Below are positions 1-9,724 of a DNA stretch of 64,000 bases, one piece after another (position 1 is the stretch's first letter; every line of letters begins with the position of its first letter). Made by a program: the position numbers and the translations under genes. Origin of the DNA: a virus. Lineage: Duplodnaviria; Caudoviricetes. The notes below the pieces were generated by a model. That model had not been told where the DNA came from. It saw nothing but the letters and a program-made list of their open reading frames with translations, and did no database searches. The stretch lies in IMG/VR virus record IMGVR_UViG_2600255093_000008, positions 15,992-79,991 of that record. One strand, written 5' to 3'.

Positions 1-194
1 CACAGTCCCAAATCGACAATGCTTACCTCACGAGCGGTGTTGTCACACGGAACGAAGTTCGCGAAGGGCTGAAACTGAACCCACTCGAAGAACTGAACCA
101 ACCGCTTGCCCCACTCAACCAAGGGGTTGCGACACTTCCGCCCACTACACCCAACCAACTACCACCAGCACCAGGAGCAGCACCGAATGAGTGA
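1..194 (+). CDS. HK97-family portal protein, C-terminal fragment
   Basis: Frame 3 reads QSQIDNAYLTSGVVTRNEVREGLKLNPLEELNQPLAPLNQ...APNE*, a typical portal C-terminus (G..T.NEVR...L.P); stop overlaps the protease ATG. Confidence 0.8.
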   Translation, partial: QSQIDNAYLTSGVVTRNEVREGLKLNPLEELNQPLAPLNQGVATLPPTTPNQLPPAPGAAPNE

Positions 195-753
195 GTTCAC
201 ACGGGTAAGCCGCATCGCACCGAAGATCAGTGAGAACCGGAGATTATCCTTTTACGCAAGTGTTTTTGGCGAAGTTGCTCCGATCACCGAACGGGACACA
301 ACGGGAAATCTCGTGAGTTACCGAGAGCGAATTGTGCCCGGGGCATTCACCGATGCGTTGTGTTCGACAGCGGAAGTGATCGCGAACATCGACCACGACC
401 CAGCCCAGACCTTCGCAAAGAGAAGCACGGGTGAACTGCTCCTGCAGGAAGACCCTCACGGACTCTTCGCCAGTTGCTACTTACCGCCCGGTGAATTCGG
501 TGACAGCATTATTCGGCGTGTTGAAAGTGGCGAGTTGGACGGCTGCAGTTTCCGCTTTGGAGCAGTGAAGGACCGGGTGAATGGGGATGTTGTGGAGCGG
601 CTTGCCGTAACCCTCGCGGATGTCTGCATTTGCTCATCCAAAGTCGCCGCTTACAAGGAAACCGAAGTGCATCTCCGCACCAATCCAGAACTCAAGAAAT
701 TATTCTCGCGAATGAGATTTATAAAAATCAAGCAACGGGCACTAAATAAGTAA
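187..753 (+). CDS. HK97-family prohead protease
   Basis: YASVF, ERIVPGAF, ANIDHD, LDGCSFRF motifs; lies between portal and capsid; ATG 187 chosen over the ORF-track start 106. Confidence 0.9.
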   Translation: MSEFTRVSRIAPKISENRRLSFYASVFGEVAPITERDTTGNLVSYRERIVPGAFTDALCSTAEVIANIDHDPAQTFAKRSTGELLLQEDPHGLFASCYLPPGEFGDSIIRRVESGELDGCSFRFGAVKDRVNGDVVERLAVTLADVCICSSKVAAYKETEVHLRTNPELKKLFSRMRFIKIKQRALNK

Positions 754-769
754 TAACCACGGAGGAACA

Positions 770-2092
770 TTGAGCCAAAAGAACAGAGCCAGTGCAGAAG
801 AGATCCAAGGACAAATCGATTCACTGATGCAGGAAGCCGACGCCCTTCAAGCCAAAGACAGCCTTTCCGCAGAAGAACAGCAGCACCTCGATGAGTTGCT
901 TTCCCAAATCGAGCAATTACAGAACGACCTCGCAGCAGCCCAATCTTCGCAGCGTTTGCTTGCTGCCAAAGAACGGATGCAGCAGCCAACCCGTCCCGCA
1001 CCCAAGGTAGCCGCAACACCGAAGCGTGAAAAGCGCGACGACTTCGGTGAAGGTCTGCGGTTGTGGATGCTCAGCAAAACGGCGAATCCGGACCTGAGCA
1101 GCGAAGCGCACTTCCGCACACAAAATGCCGGTCTGCAGATCGGCAGCAATTCGGGACGGGTGAAGTGCGACTACCGCAATTTAAACTTCAAGAACCGGAC
1201 CATCCTGACCAAAGGCGGCAGCGGTAGCGGTGCTGAGTGGATTTATAAAACTTATTCAGACCATGTGGTTGAGTACCTTTCATACTTTTCCCCCGTCTTG
1301 GGCGTTTTGGGCAGCGAAACCACATCAGACGGCAACGCCCGCGATTACTTTCGTGTAGACGACACAGCGATGGTCTCGAACTACCTGACCAGTTCAGGTG
1401 GTTCGGAAAGTTCGCCGACAATTAACGAATCGAACATTGCATCTTCTGCAGTTACGATTAATTGCTTTGACATCAGTTCTGGCTTCCAGAAAATCTCGTT
1501 CCAAGAGTTGAGGGACTCAGCGGCTGCTGTCGGCATCACCGAGAAGATTGCCAAGGCGAACAGCAACAGCCACGCCCGTAAACTCGAATCGGAAATCATT
1601 AACGCTAGCGGCAACGGGAGCACCGGCGTTCAAGGCTTGATGCAAGTGGACAACGCCCTAACACCCGTGTCGTCTTCGACTTTCAACAGCAACGCACAGA
1701 ATTATCTTGAGAATCTTTACTTCTCAATACCCATTCAGTACCGTCAGAACGCCATTTGGCTTTACAACGACGTGACCGCCAAGCGGTTGCGCCAGAACCT
1801 CAAGGACGATGTTAAACGTTCGCTCTTCGACAAAAACATTGTGGACGGGGTTGAGTGGGATACACTTTTAGGAAAACGATCTTATATTAGCCAATACATG
1901 AGCGACGATACGATTATTTTCTTCGCGCCCGAGTTCTACATGCTGCGAATGGTGGAAGGGCAGACCTTTGCCACCCTAACGGAACGCTTTTTCCCTCATA
2001 CTTGTTACGCTGGAATCATGTCATTCGGCGGCGCGTGGCTCGGACCGACCGGCGCTAACGGTGCGATCCAGTCTCTCACGATCACTTCGTAA
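770..2092 (+). CDS. HK97-fold major capsid protein with N-terminal coiled-coil delta domain
   Basis: Coiled-coil N-terminus; capsid motifs (GNGSTGVQGL, NAIWLYND, LLGKRSY); TTG start after GGAGG. Confidence 0.9.
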   Translation: MSQKNRASAEEIQGQIDSLMQEADALQAKDSLSAEEQQHLDELLSQIEQLQNDLAAAQSSQRLLAAKERMQQPTRPAPKVAATPKREKRDDFGEGLRLWMLSKTANPDLSSEAHFRTQNAGLQIGSNSGRVKCDYRNLNFKNRTILTKGGSGSGAEWIYKTYSDHVVEYLSYFSPVLGVLGSETTSDGNARDYFRVDDTAMVSNYLTSSGGSESSPTINESNIASSAVTINCFDISSGFQKISFQELRDSAAAVGITEKIAKANSNSHARKLESEIINASGNGSTGVQGLMQVDNALTPVSSSTFNSNAQNYLENLYFSIPIQYRQNAIWLYNDVTAKRLRQNLKDDVKRSLFDKNIVDGVEWDTLLGKRSYISQYMSDDTIIFFAPEFYMLRMVEGQTFATLTERFFPHTCYAGIMSFGGAWLGPTGANGAIQSLTITS

Positions 2093-2137
2093 ATAGTTTT
2101 CAGGAACACGACCGCTGTTCAGTGCCAGCGGGAGTTA

Positions 2138-2175
2138 GCGAGTGGGGTACTGGTAATCCCCCACTCGCGTTTTCG
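2138..2175 (+). terminator. Hairpin/terminator after capsid gene
   Basis: GCGAGTGGGG / CCCCACTCGC stem followed by GTTTTCG. Confidence 0.6.
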
Positions 2176-2199
2176 TTTCGTGCGACCCTAAATACGGGT

Positions 2200-2778
2200 A
2201 TGCACAATTATTCGATTGAATCCATATCAACGCCGAATTCACTGGGTTTAGTGGAAGAACTGAAAGCCCACATAAATTCAAATAACGGCAACTCCGAAGA
2301 CGCACAACTGAGCCAATTTCTCGACACAGCCAGCAGCATTTTCACGCACGAAACAGATGGGCGCGTAGTGCTGAGCACCACTTTCAAGCAATACTTTCCG
2401 TGCTGGGAAAAGTGCTTGGAACTCGCACGGGGGAAGGTGTCAGAAGTGCTGAGTGTGAGTTACTTCGATGAGAACGACGCGGAACAGGAGTTGGACGGAT
2501 TCGTTACCGACCTGACGACCATTCCCGCACTGCTCTACTTGCCCGATGGGGATTGCCCAGCGCTGAGTACCACACGACCGCGACCGATCACCGTTACTTT
2601 CGCAGCCGGCTGGCAGAGCGTTGCGTACCTTCCGGCTGATGTCCGCGTAGCGATTCTGCAGTTAGCAGCACACCTCTACGCAAACCGTGAAAGCCACACC
2701 GACGAAGATCTGAAAGAACTCCCGATGGGATTCAAACGCATCTGCGACAAATACAAGACAGGTCTGGGAGGAATTTAA
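2200..2778 (+). CDS. Head-tail connector (HK97 gp6/phiE125 gp8-like)
   Basis: EELKAHI, ITVTFAAGW, PADVRVAILQLAAHLYANRE motifs. Confidence 0.88.
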   Translation: MHNYSIESISTPNSLGLVEELKAHINSNNGNSEDAQLSQFLDTASSIFTHETDGRVVLSTTFKQYFPCWEKCLELARGKVSEVLSVSYFDENDAEQELDGFVTDLTTIPALLYLPDGDCPALSTTRPRPITVTFAAGWQSVAYLPADVRVAILQLAAHLYANRESHTDEDLKELPMGFKRICDKYKTGLGGI

Positions 2779-2779
2779 A

Positions 2780-3172
2780 ATGCAGAAAGGCGGCACTTAC
2801 AACACGAGGCTTACTTGGCTGAAAGGCACTCGCACCAAAGACGAGCAAGGGCAAGACGTGCGAACTCACACCGAGTACGGCAAACTCTGGTGCTCCGTGA
2901 CGGAATCGAACGGTCGCGATACTCAGGACTACGGAGCGAAGCAAACCGGTGCAGACTGCGACATCCGTGTTAAGAACTTTCCCGCACTCAGTACGGACGA
3001 TCTTCTGCAGGACGAGAGCGGGACAGTCTACCACATCGAGAGCATGTACGCAGGGGATCGCGAATGGGTGCTTGCTGCGTACCGGAACGATGTGCTCAGC
3101 ACCGATTACACGATCGTTCCGCCGGCTGGGATGCGTGGCGGATTCCGGGGACTACTTCTTTTAACTTCGTGA
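2780..3172 (+). CDS. Head closure/adaptor protein (SPP1 gp16-like)
   Basis: Synteny; D..GQ, W..V, GTVYHIE beta-barrel pattern. Confidence 0.75.
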   Translation: MQKGGTYNTRLTWLKGTRTKDEQGQDVRTHTEYGKLWCSVTESNGRDTQDYGAKQTGADCDIRVKNFPALSTDDLLQDESGTVYHIESMYAGDREWVLAAYRNDVLSTDYTIVPPAGMRGGFRGLLLLTS

Positions 3173-3181
3173 GGAGGGGCG

Positions 3182-3646
3182 TTGAAACTGAGACTTGGTG
3201 CGGTGTTTACGTGGACTACCGACCCGAAAACGATTCTCGAAAAGCTCAGCAAAGGCTTGAAAACCAAGGCAATGCGGATCTCTTTGAATAAGGCTTCCGC
3301 GCCTGTGAAAGAGAAGATCGTCGCTGCCGCACCCAAGCGCTACGGGTTCTTAAAGAAAAGCATAAGAATCAGGCTGCAGAACTATCAGAACAAACAAGTC
3401 TGGGTTAGTGTGATCGGCGCTGCACGAAGTTTCACAAGAAGAAAAGGGAAGTTCAAACGCGGTAAGCGCAAAGGCGAACCACGCTTAAACAAGCCAAGTC
3501 AGTACATGCGGCTAGTCGATCAGGGCACGAAGCACATCAGAGGAAGGCACTTCATTCAGCGCTCATTCGGTCGCGCCTTCCGCCGCACTTTCATTCGGGA
3601 ACTGTACCGGCAGGTGGATTTGTTGCTTCCGAAGAGGAGAAAGTGA
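3182..3646 (+). CDS. HK97 gp10-like neck/tail-completion protein
   Basis: Basic protein with AP.RYGFLKKSI and LVDQGTKHIRGRHFIQ motifs. Confidence 0.8.
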   Translation: MKLRLGAVFTWTTDPKTILEKLSKGLKTKAMRISLNKASAPVKEKIVAAAPKRYGFLKKSIRIRLQNYQNKQVWVSVIGAARSFTRRKGKFKRGKRKGEPRLNKPSQYMRLVDQGTKHIRGRHFIQRSFGRAFRRTFIRELYRQVDLLLPKRRK

Positions 3647-3685
3647 ACGGTAGCCCCCTACATACAGGTAAACATAGGGGGATCA

Positions 3686-4081
3686 TTGCCAGTACTCGGA
3701 GTCACATCGAAACTAGAATATCAGGTGGGTAGTTCGTGGGTAGCCGTTCCGGGGTTGAAAACCGTGAACTTACCAGACATCGCGGTTACCAGCATCGATA
3801 CGACACATTTGGGACTTTCAAATTTCTGCAAGACTTATGTTGCGGGCATGATCGACCACGGTTCGATCAATTTCACCTGCGAATTCAGTGAAAATACTTG
3901 GACTGTTTTCCACGGCATGCTACGCGATACCGGTTCATGGCGTGTGACAACCCCCGATGATGAAGAGGTGGTTTGCACCTTCGATGCGTTTTTCACATCC
4001 CTGCAAGCACCGTTCGAGCCAGATGCAGAGGCATTGATTACAGCCAATCTGAAAATCAGTGGCAATGTGAGCATCGCCTAA
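3686..4081 (+). CDS. Major tail tube protein
   Basis: IDTTHL, YVAGMID.GSINFT, FDAFFTS, ANLKISG tube motifs. Confidence 0.85.
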   Translation: MPVLGVTSKLEYQVGSSWVAVPGLKTVNLPDIAVTSIDTTHLGLSNFCKTYVAGMIDHGSINFTCEFSENTWTVFHGMLRDTGSWRVTTPDDEEVVCTFDAFFTSLQAPFEPDAEALITANLKISGNVSIA

Positions 4082-4446
4082 TGAACACGAAACAGAAACT
4101 TGCCGCGCTGAACGATGTTCGTGTGATTCCGTTCCCTGTTCCCGAATGGGGTGACGTTGGGAAGGGCTTGCACCTCCGCACGCTCAGCGGTCCGGAATGG
4201 ACCACAGTTCTTTCTAAAATTAGCGAATGTCAGAAGCAGTCACGCGGACCGGATGTGTCGATTTGGTTGTGCCTGTTGTGCCTGTCTGAACCGGACGGCG
4301 CACGGATCTTCAGCGACGAAGACTACCCCATCCTCGCAGCGAAGAACGGTGCAACGCTCAGTTTCATCGCGAATGCGGCAGGCGTTCACGCGGGAATCTG
4401 GGGGGACTCCGAAGCAAAAAAGCCTTCACCGAAAGCCCGTGGGTGA
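4081..4446 (+). CDS. Tail assembly chaperone (G-like)
   Basis: VPEWG...LRTLSG and GARIFSDED motifs; lies between tube and tape measure. Confidence 0.82.
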   Translation: MNTKQKLAALNDVRVIPFPVPEWGDVGKGLHLRTLSGPEWTTVLSKISECQKQSRGPDVSIWLCLLCLSEPDGARIFSDEDYPILAAKNGATLSFIANAAGVHAGIWGDSEAKKPSPKARG

Positions 4447-4754
4447 TGCTCGAAATGCGGTTGTGTCTAGCGCTGGGTTACAAGTCGCTGAGCCACTTCC
4501 GTTGTGAGTTCCCCTACCACGAAATGCCGTTGTGGTCGGAGTACATTCGCCGGGAAGGACTGCCCGAAACACGAATTGAAGCAGCGATTGCGATCGCGGG
4601 AAGTGCGAATTGTCAGGTTCACGGCGCAAAGGTGCAGCCCAAAGACCTGATTCCCAAGTTCGGCGAAGCAAAAACGTTGAACGGAAAGGACGCCAGCGCC
4701 GCACTCAAGGCATGGGCGACAGCGAACCAAAGGAAGGAGCATGGCAGGCAGTAG
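4416..4754 (+). CDS. Tail chaperone GT extension via -1 frameshift at A AAA AAG (4416-4422)
   Basis: Heptamer is in phase; the -1 frame is open from the slip site (KKAFTESPWVMLEMRLCLALG...) to 4754. Confidence 0.8.
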   Translation, partial: KKAFTESPWVMLEMRLCLALGYKSLSHFRCEFPYHEMPLWSEYIRREGLPETRIEAAIAIAGSANCQVHGAKVQPKDLIPKFGEAKTLNGKDASAALKAWATANQRKEHGRQ

Positions 4755-6087
4755 CATCGGAGAAGGTTCACTTGTTCTCACCGCGAACAGCACCGGACTC
4801 ATTACCGGTCTGAAACAGGCTAATGCCAAACTCACTGAATTCTCGAAGACCGCAAAAGAAGCGACTGCCGCAATCGGTGGCGGTTCGTTCGGTGCGTTAC
4901 TCGAAGGCGCTGGTAAATTCGGTGCGATCGGACTCGCTATTGCAGCGGCAATCGAGTTGGGGAAGAACCTCTCCGGCATCGTGACCCGAACGCAGATGTT
5001 CCACAATGAGTTAGAACGGGGCAAAGTGCTCGGTGACGCATGGTCGGAAACGGTCGGTCGCGGCATCGAGAAGATGCGGAAGGAACTCGAAGCGATTTCC
5101 GACATAAAGGGCACTCAGACCGGTATCGACCTGCAAAACAAGCAGTTGAAAACGCTGGAAGAGCAGTTAGTCAGTCTCGCTCCTCAATTGCAGAAAGCAC
5201 GGGAAGAAGCGCTGAAGTGGCAGAGTGTTTGGAACAAAGACTCCAGCGTGATGCAGGCGTTCCTTATCGGTGAAAAGGAATCGGGGTTGAAGAAAGCCGA
5301 AGCGAACTTGGCTGAACTGGAGAAGGTTTACAAGCAGCGGTTCGAGGCGGCGCAGGAACTTCGCAAAGGTCTGCTTGAAATCGGTAACCCTTCCGAATCG
5401 ATCGAAGCAACTAAGGCGATCAGACTCTTCATTCAAGAGATGGAAGACGGGGTTAAATCCCTGACTGAAAATCCCGACATTATGAAATTGGAGAAAATCC
5501 AGCAGGCTTTTGGGTTTTCAAACGCGGACATCGGCGAGGCACGACTTGCTGCCATCAACAAAGAAATTGCGATAGCGAATGACGAGTTAGAGAAATTCGT
5601 CAAATCGCAGTACAACTCAGACCGCAACTCAGATGTGACGGCGTTGGAAGACTTGGCTGAGCAGTACAAGTTCACAGCGGAGCAGATCCAAACTGCGACT
5701 GACGCTATCAACGCTAAGAACAGTCGCGAGGCTCAGCGCTGGATACACGACCTGAGCCAAGAACTTGGATTACTTGCTGGACAGTACAAACAAACGGCAG
5801 AAGAGATCAAGCTTCAGGAACTGGTGGAAAAAGGCGTGGAGCAAAAGCACATCGATCGGCTTCGCAAATTAATTGATTTCAAAAAGGCGGTCGAAGCGCC
5901 GTACAACCCTTTGAAGTCGATTCAGGCGGGCAATGGAGCGGACTTCGAGCTTCGCAACCGCATCAAATTCGACGAAGACAAGCGTTCCGGAATGAATCAG
6001 GAACGATTACTGAAGGACATGCTGCAACAATTAATCAAACTAAACATCGGTCTTTCGGCGCTCGATCGCGATGCGCCTGAGATCTAA
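4741..6087 (+). CDS. Tape measure protein (448 aa)
   Basis: IGEGSLVLTANSTGL N-terminus, helical Ala/Glu/Lys-rich body, position after chaperones. Confidence 0.85.
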   Translation: MAGSSIGEGSLVLTANSTGLITGLKQANAKLTEFSKTAKEATAAIGGGSFGALLEGAGKFGAIGLAIAAAIELGKNLSGIVTRTQMFHNELERGKVLGDAWSETVGRGIEKMRKELEAISDIKGTQTGIDLQNKQLKTLEEQLVSLAPQLQKAREEALKWQSVWNKDSSVMQAFLIGEKESGLKKAEANLAELEKVYKQRFEAAQELRKGLLEIGNPSESIEATKAIRLFIQEMEDGVKSLTENPDIMKLEKIQQAFGFSNADIGEARLAAINKEIAIANDELEKFVKSQYNSDRNSDVTALEDLAEQYKFTAEQIQTATDAINAKNSREAQRWIHDLSQELGLLAGQYKQTAEEIKLQELVEKGVEQKHIDRLRKLIDFKKAVEAPYNPLKSIQAGNGADFELRNRIKFDEDKRSGMNQERLLKDMLQQLIKLNIGLSALDRDAPEI

Positions 6088-6095
6088 GGGGAGCG

Positions 6096-7034
6096 TTGGC
6101 GACTTATGTAGAGATTCCCGGTGGAGACGCATCGACCGACAAAGACGGCATTCGCACCTATCAGCGAACCTTTCGCGTTTACGGGCTTGACCCGAATCTG
6201 CGCCCGTCCTTTGGCATTTTAACAGTTCCGATCAATCGGTTTGATCCACATCCAGACGACAGCGGCGCTTTGGCAGTCGGCGTGTCTTCTGCTTTCGTGA
6301 ACGGCGAATTGGGCGTTCAGGATGTCACCTACTCGTACACCTCGCGCCCGTTCGATGCCGGAATCGGCGAAGATGTCGAGACTGGCGGACCAGGAGGGGG
6401 CGAGTTAAGCCCTGGTGCGACTGATCCGACCGCGAACAACAACCCGCTGAACCGTCCACCCACAATTAAATTCAGTCAAAACACCGTTCAAGTTCCGTTT
6501 GTCAAAGATTACAACCCCGCTGGCGCCAAGCCAGTTCGTAATTCAGCGGGCGTTCCCTTCGAGGGGGAAACCGTCGATGAAATCACCAGCATAATCACGA
6601 TTAGTTTTAACAAAGGTGTACTTGACGTATCGGACCGTCAGCAAACCTACTGTGGCTGCTGTAACGATGCCTCGTTCTCGATTTGCAATGCGTTCCCCAC
6701 TTCGTTCCCCGCGTACACCCTTCGCTGCAATGCGTGGACGGGAACAATCCAGTTCGAGGAGGGGATTTGGTACACAGCGTGCGAAATCGAACTGGAGTAC
6801 AACCGGCACACCTGGACACGCCGATTACTCGATGTGGGTTACACCTACTTGGACGGTACGGTAGACATTTTGGGCAGACCGATTTTAAAGCGTTTCCTGG
6901 ATCAGAGCACCGGCGCGCCAGTCGATCACCCCATGTACTTGAACGGTGCTGGTGCTCCGAATCCCCCGCTCTCTGCACCAGTTCCGCTGACCTTCTACCC
7001 GCACCCCCAAGTATCGTTTGCGAGTATTTTCTAA
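6096..7034 (+). CDS. Tail tip/hub protein
   Basis: Directly after tape measure; beta-rich. Confidence 0.6.
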   Translation: MATYVEIPGGDASTDKDGIRTYQRTFRVYGLDPNLRPSFGILTVPINRFDPHPDDSGALAVGVSSAFVNGELGVQDVTYSYTSRPFDAGIGEDVETGGPGGGELSPGATDPTANNNPLNRPPTIKFSQNTVQVPFVKDYNPAGAKPVRNSAGVPFEGETVDEITSIITISFNKGVLDVSDRQQTYCGCCNDASFSICNAFPTSFPAYTLRCNAWTGTIQFEEGIWYTACEIELEYNRHTWTRRLLDVGYTYLDGTVDILGRPILKRFLDQSTGAPVDHPMYLNGAGAPNPPLSAPVPLTFYPHPQVSFASIF

Positions 7035-7049
7035 AAACAAAGAGGACCA

Positions 7050-8363
7050 TTGGGCTTTGAACTTTCAAAACGAACCGCGAACAAAGTGAAAGCGCTGCTG
7101 GGAAGGAGCGAACCGCTACCGGTCAACCCGACCACGAACAGCACACGCAACTGGGACTGCTTCCTCGAAGTGACCGGCGACGAGATTCACTCAGGCTTCT
7201 ACCCGTGCATCTGCGTGCAATACAAATCGAACACCGACACTTGGGAAGAGTACAGCGGCAGTTGCGTTGCCTTTGATTGCAACGGATTAGCCCTCGAAGT
7301 GGGGAAGCGTTACCGTGCGCTACATGTCGGGATCAACTATGTGTCGGAAGGCGGAAGCGGAAGCGGTTCGGGCAGTGGTGGCGGTAGCGGTGTGGTGAAT
7401 CAGGTGTTCGTGGTTCAGGAGGCAACGGCAGGCGGCACAACTGCAACCACGCTAAAAGACTCAGTTCGGCTCGTCGCAATCGCAGCACTCCCAGCAAACA
7501 CCTACAGCAACGGTTCAAGCGGTGTCGGTGCGACACTATCCGCAACCGCGAATGGTGCGTTCCCCGTCGTTGACGGTTACAGCACCTTCCTCAATGACGA
7601 GATTTTGGTGACTGCCGAGAGTACTGCTTCCCGAAACGGGATTTACAAAATCACCGACGCCGGAAGTGTGAGCACACCTTGGGTACTCACTCGCCGATCA
7701 GATATGGACGAGACGGGGGAATTCGTGGGTGCGCTCGTCCCCGTTCGCCTGGGCACGCTCGGCACGAACACGGTTTGGTTTTGCACTAACTACACCCCGC
7801 CAACCGTCGGGAGCACGAGCATAAGTTTCAGAAGGATTTCGGGCGACATCTACGGTCCGTCAACCGCAACGACAGACACGGCAATTGCTGTCTGGGATGG
7901 AACAAGCGGACGGCTGCTGAAGAACACCAATTACACGGTCGGGGCGAATATAAATTCGATATTCAACGCTCAGGACGGCAATCCTTCGTTCTCAGCCGGT
8001 CAGGGCTTCCTTGCGGTCCGTTTGAACGATGTTCTGACGGGAACGCTGCTCACAGATACTTGCTCGATTGGTGCGGGCGGAACGGGCGGAAGCGGACCGG
8101 GCTTGTCCTTCTCGCATGTCGGCGGCACAACCCTCAGCATCAAAAACTACCTCTCCGAAATTCACGCCAGCACGATCTACAACGGTGGGTTCGTGCTGAA
8201 CGCGACCGGCAACCATACTTCCACTCAAAAATACTCGATAATTCGTTACAACACAGGAATTTCAACACGGTCAGACGGAATAGACGGGAGTTGCACCGTA
8301 AAAGTAGGCGGGGTGGACAAGACTCTTACTTTCGTAGGTGGGATCGTTACGGGACTTTCTTAA
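7050..8363 (+). CDS. Tail fibre/receptor-binding protein
   Basis: GS linker; SVRL...VDG...NDEILV..E..ASRNGIY....W.LTR..DMD fibre module; Gly/Thr/Ser-rich. Confidence 0.75.
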   Translation: MGFELSKRTANKVKALLGRSEPLPVNPTTNSTRNWDCFLEVTGDEIHSGFYPCICVQYKSNTDTWEEYSGSCVAFDCNGLALEVGKRYRALHVGINYVSEGGSGSGSGSGGGSGVVNQVFVVQEATAGGTTATTLKDSVRLVAIAALPANTYSNGSSGVGATLSATANGAFPVVDGYSTFLNDEILVTAESTASRNGIYKITDAGSVSTPWVLTRRSDMDETGEFVGALVPVRLGTLGTNTVWFCTNYTPPTVGSTSISFRRISGDIYGPSTATTDTAIAVWDGTSGRLLKNTNYTVGANINSIFNAQDGNPSFSAGQGFLAVRLNDVLTGTLLTDTCSIGAGGTGGSGPGLSFSHVGGTTLSIKNYLSEIHASTIYNGGFVLNATGNHTSTQKYSIIRYNTGISTRSDGIDGSCTVKVGGVDKTLTFVGGIVTGLS

Positions 8364-8374
8364 AAGAAGGAAAT

Positions 8375-8995
8375 TTGCACTACCTAATTAATTTAAAGAA
8401 GAGACCTGATCGACTGGCAGAATCACTCGAAGAGTGCCGCAAGGTCGGTATTACTCCGACCGTGTTCGAGGCGGTAGATGGTAGCACCCAAGTGATACCG
8501 CCCGAATGGAAGGAAGGGGCTGGCGCTTGGGGATGTCGTCTCAGTCACATGTCCGTTTTGGCTGACGCAATCGAGAAGGGTTACAATTGCGTTACAATTC
8601 TCGAAGACGACGTGACTTTCGTTCCTGACTTTCAGAAGAAACTGGCTGCCTTCATCGATTCAGTTCCCGACTACTGGCAAGCCGCCTTCCTTGGTGGACA
8701 GCACTGCGGTGCTCCCGAATATGTTTCAGAAAGCGTTTCTCGCTGCCTTTGCTGCCACCGAACACACGCAATCATGGTGCGAGGTGAGTTCATTCACCAG
8801 TTGCATTCGATCTACGCTGCGAGCACCGGACACATTGACTGGGCTTTCGCCCACGCCCAAAAGGATTACCGCGTTTACGCTCCGACGAGTTGGCTTGTGG
8901 GGCAGCGATCTTCGACCAGCGACATTACTGGAATGAGCACCGTATCCGATCGGTGGTGGATGCCCCGTAGGGCACTCGCAAAGAAGGTGCGGTGA
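8375..8995 (+). CDS. Glycosyltransferase family 25-like
   Basis: YLINLKKRPDR, FEAVDG, GC.LSH, ILEDDV motifs; TTG start after AAGGA. Confidence 0.88.
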   Translation: MHYLINLKKRPDRLAESLEECRKVGITPTVFEAVDGSTQVIPPEWKEGAGAWGCRLSHMSVLADAIEKGYNCVTILEDDVTFVPDFQKKLAAFIDSVPDYWQAAFLGGQHCGAPEYVSESVSRCLCCHRTHAIMVRGEFIHQLHSIYAASTGHIDWAFAHAQKDYRVYAPTSWLVGQRSSTSDITGMSTVSDRWWMPRRALAKKVR

Positions 8996-9693
8996 GTAAT
9001 AAAGACCTCAGCGTGGTATTCCCTTCGAGGGAGCGCCTGCCCCTCTTGTTTGATTGCCTTTCGAGCATCGCAGAGAACACCACCGACCTCACGCGAATCG
9101 AAGTGCTGGTAGCGATCGACAGCGACGACAAAAAGACGGTGCAGGCAGCCCCTTCGCTGGAGCAGCAGTTTCCGTTCGTAAAGTTCTTCGTTGGGGAACG
9201 GAAGAACAATTTAAGCGAGGGCTACTACTCTCCTCTAGCGATCCATTCCACGGGGGGCTGGGTTCAGCTTTTTAACGACGACGCGCAGATGGTTACGAAG
9301 GGCTGGAACGTCGCAGCCCTCGAGGTACTGAATAGTTTTCAGGAAGAGCATCCGGACGGCATCCTGTTGGGTTGTCCCCACGACGATACCGGCTGTGCGT
9401 ATTCGTGTTTTCCCGTGCTTTCGCGTCAAGCAATTTTGGCGTTGGGGCACGCGATCAACCCGGCATTCGGTTCGTGGGGCGGGGATGTCCAGCTAGACAT
9501 GGTGTTCACGACTTTAGGGCGCAAAGTGCCATTGCAGTACTCGATTTCTCACAAGTGCCCACACAACCGGACCAGGGGCAGAGATCGAGTGCAAGCGAGG
9601 ATGCCAAGGCTGACCCGTGGTTATCCCTACCAAGAAACCGTGAAAAAAGATGTGGAGCGCCTACGCAAAATTATCGGCGAGAGCACTAGATAG
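8992..9693 (+). CDS. Glycosyltransferase family 2-like (GT-A)
   Basis: LSVVFPSR.R, VAIDSDD, FNDD (DxD-like) motifs; GTGA overlap with GT25. Confidence 0.8.
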   Translation: MSNKDLSVVFPSRERLPLLFDCLSSIAENTTDLTRIEVLVAIDSDDKKTVQAAPSLEQQFPFVKFFVGERKNNLSEGYYSPLAIHSTGGWVQLFNDDAQMVTKGWNVAALEVLNSFQEEHPDGILLGCPHDDTGCAYSCFPVLSRQAILALGHAINPAFGSWGGDVQLDMVFTTLGRKVPLQYSISHKCPHNRTRGRDRVQARMPRLTRGYPYQETVKKDVERLRKIIGESTR

Positions 9694-9724
9694 TTTGGTC
9701 ATTTTCATTTCTGTTATTCTCTCT

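Noticed and set aside
7350-7392. GGAAGC/GGCAGT-type short tandem repeat
   Set aside because: Encodes an ordinary Gly-Ser linker with synonymous variation; not a phase-variable tract
8060-8374. Long N-terminal extension of GT25 in the ORF track
   Set aside because: Overlaps the tail-fibre gene; the GT25 motif and SD begin at 8375
9524-9533. GTGCCATTGC in prophage 1
   Set aside because: Inside the GT2 coding sequence and lacks the GCCG half
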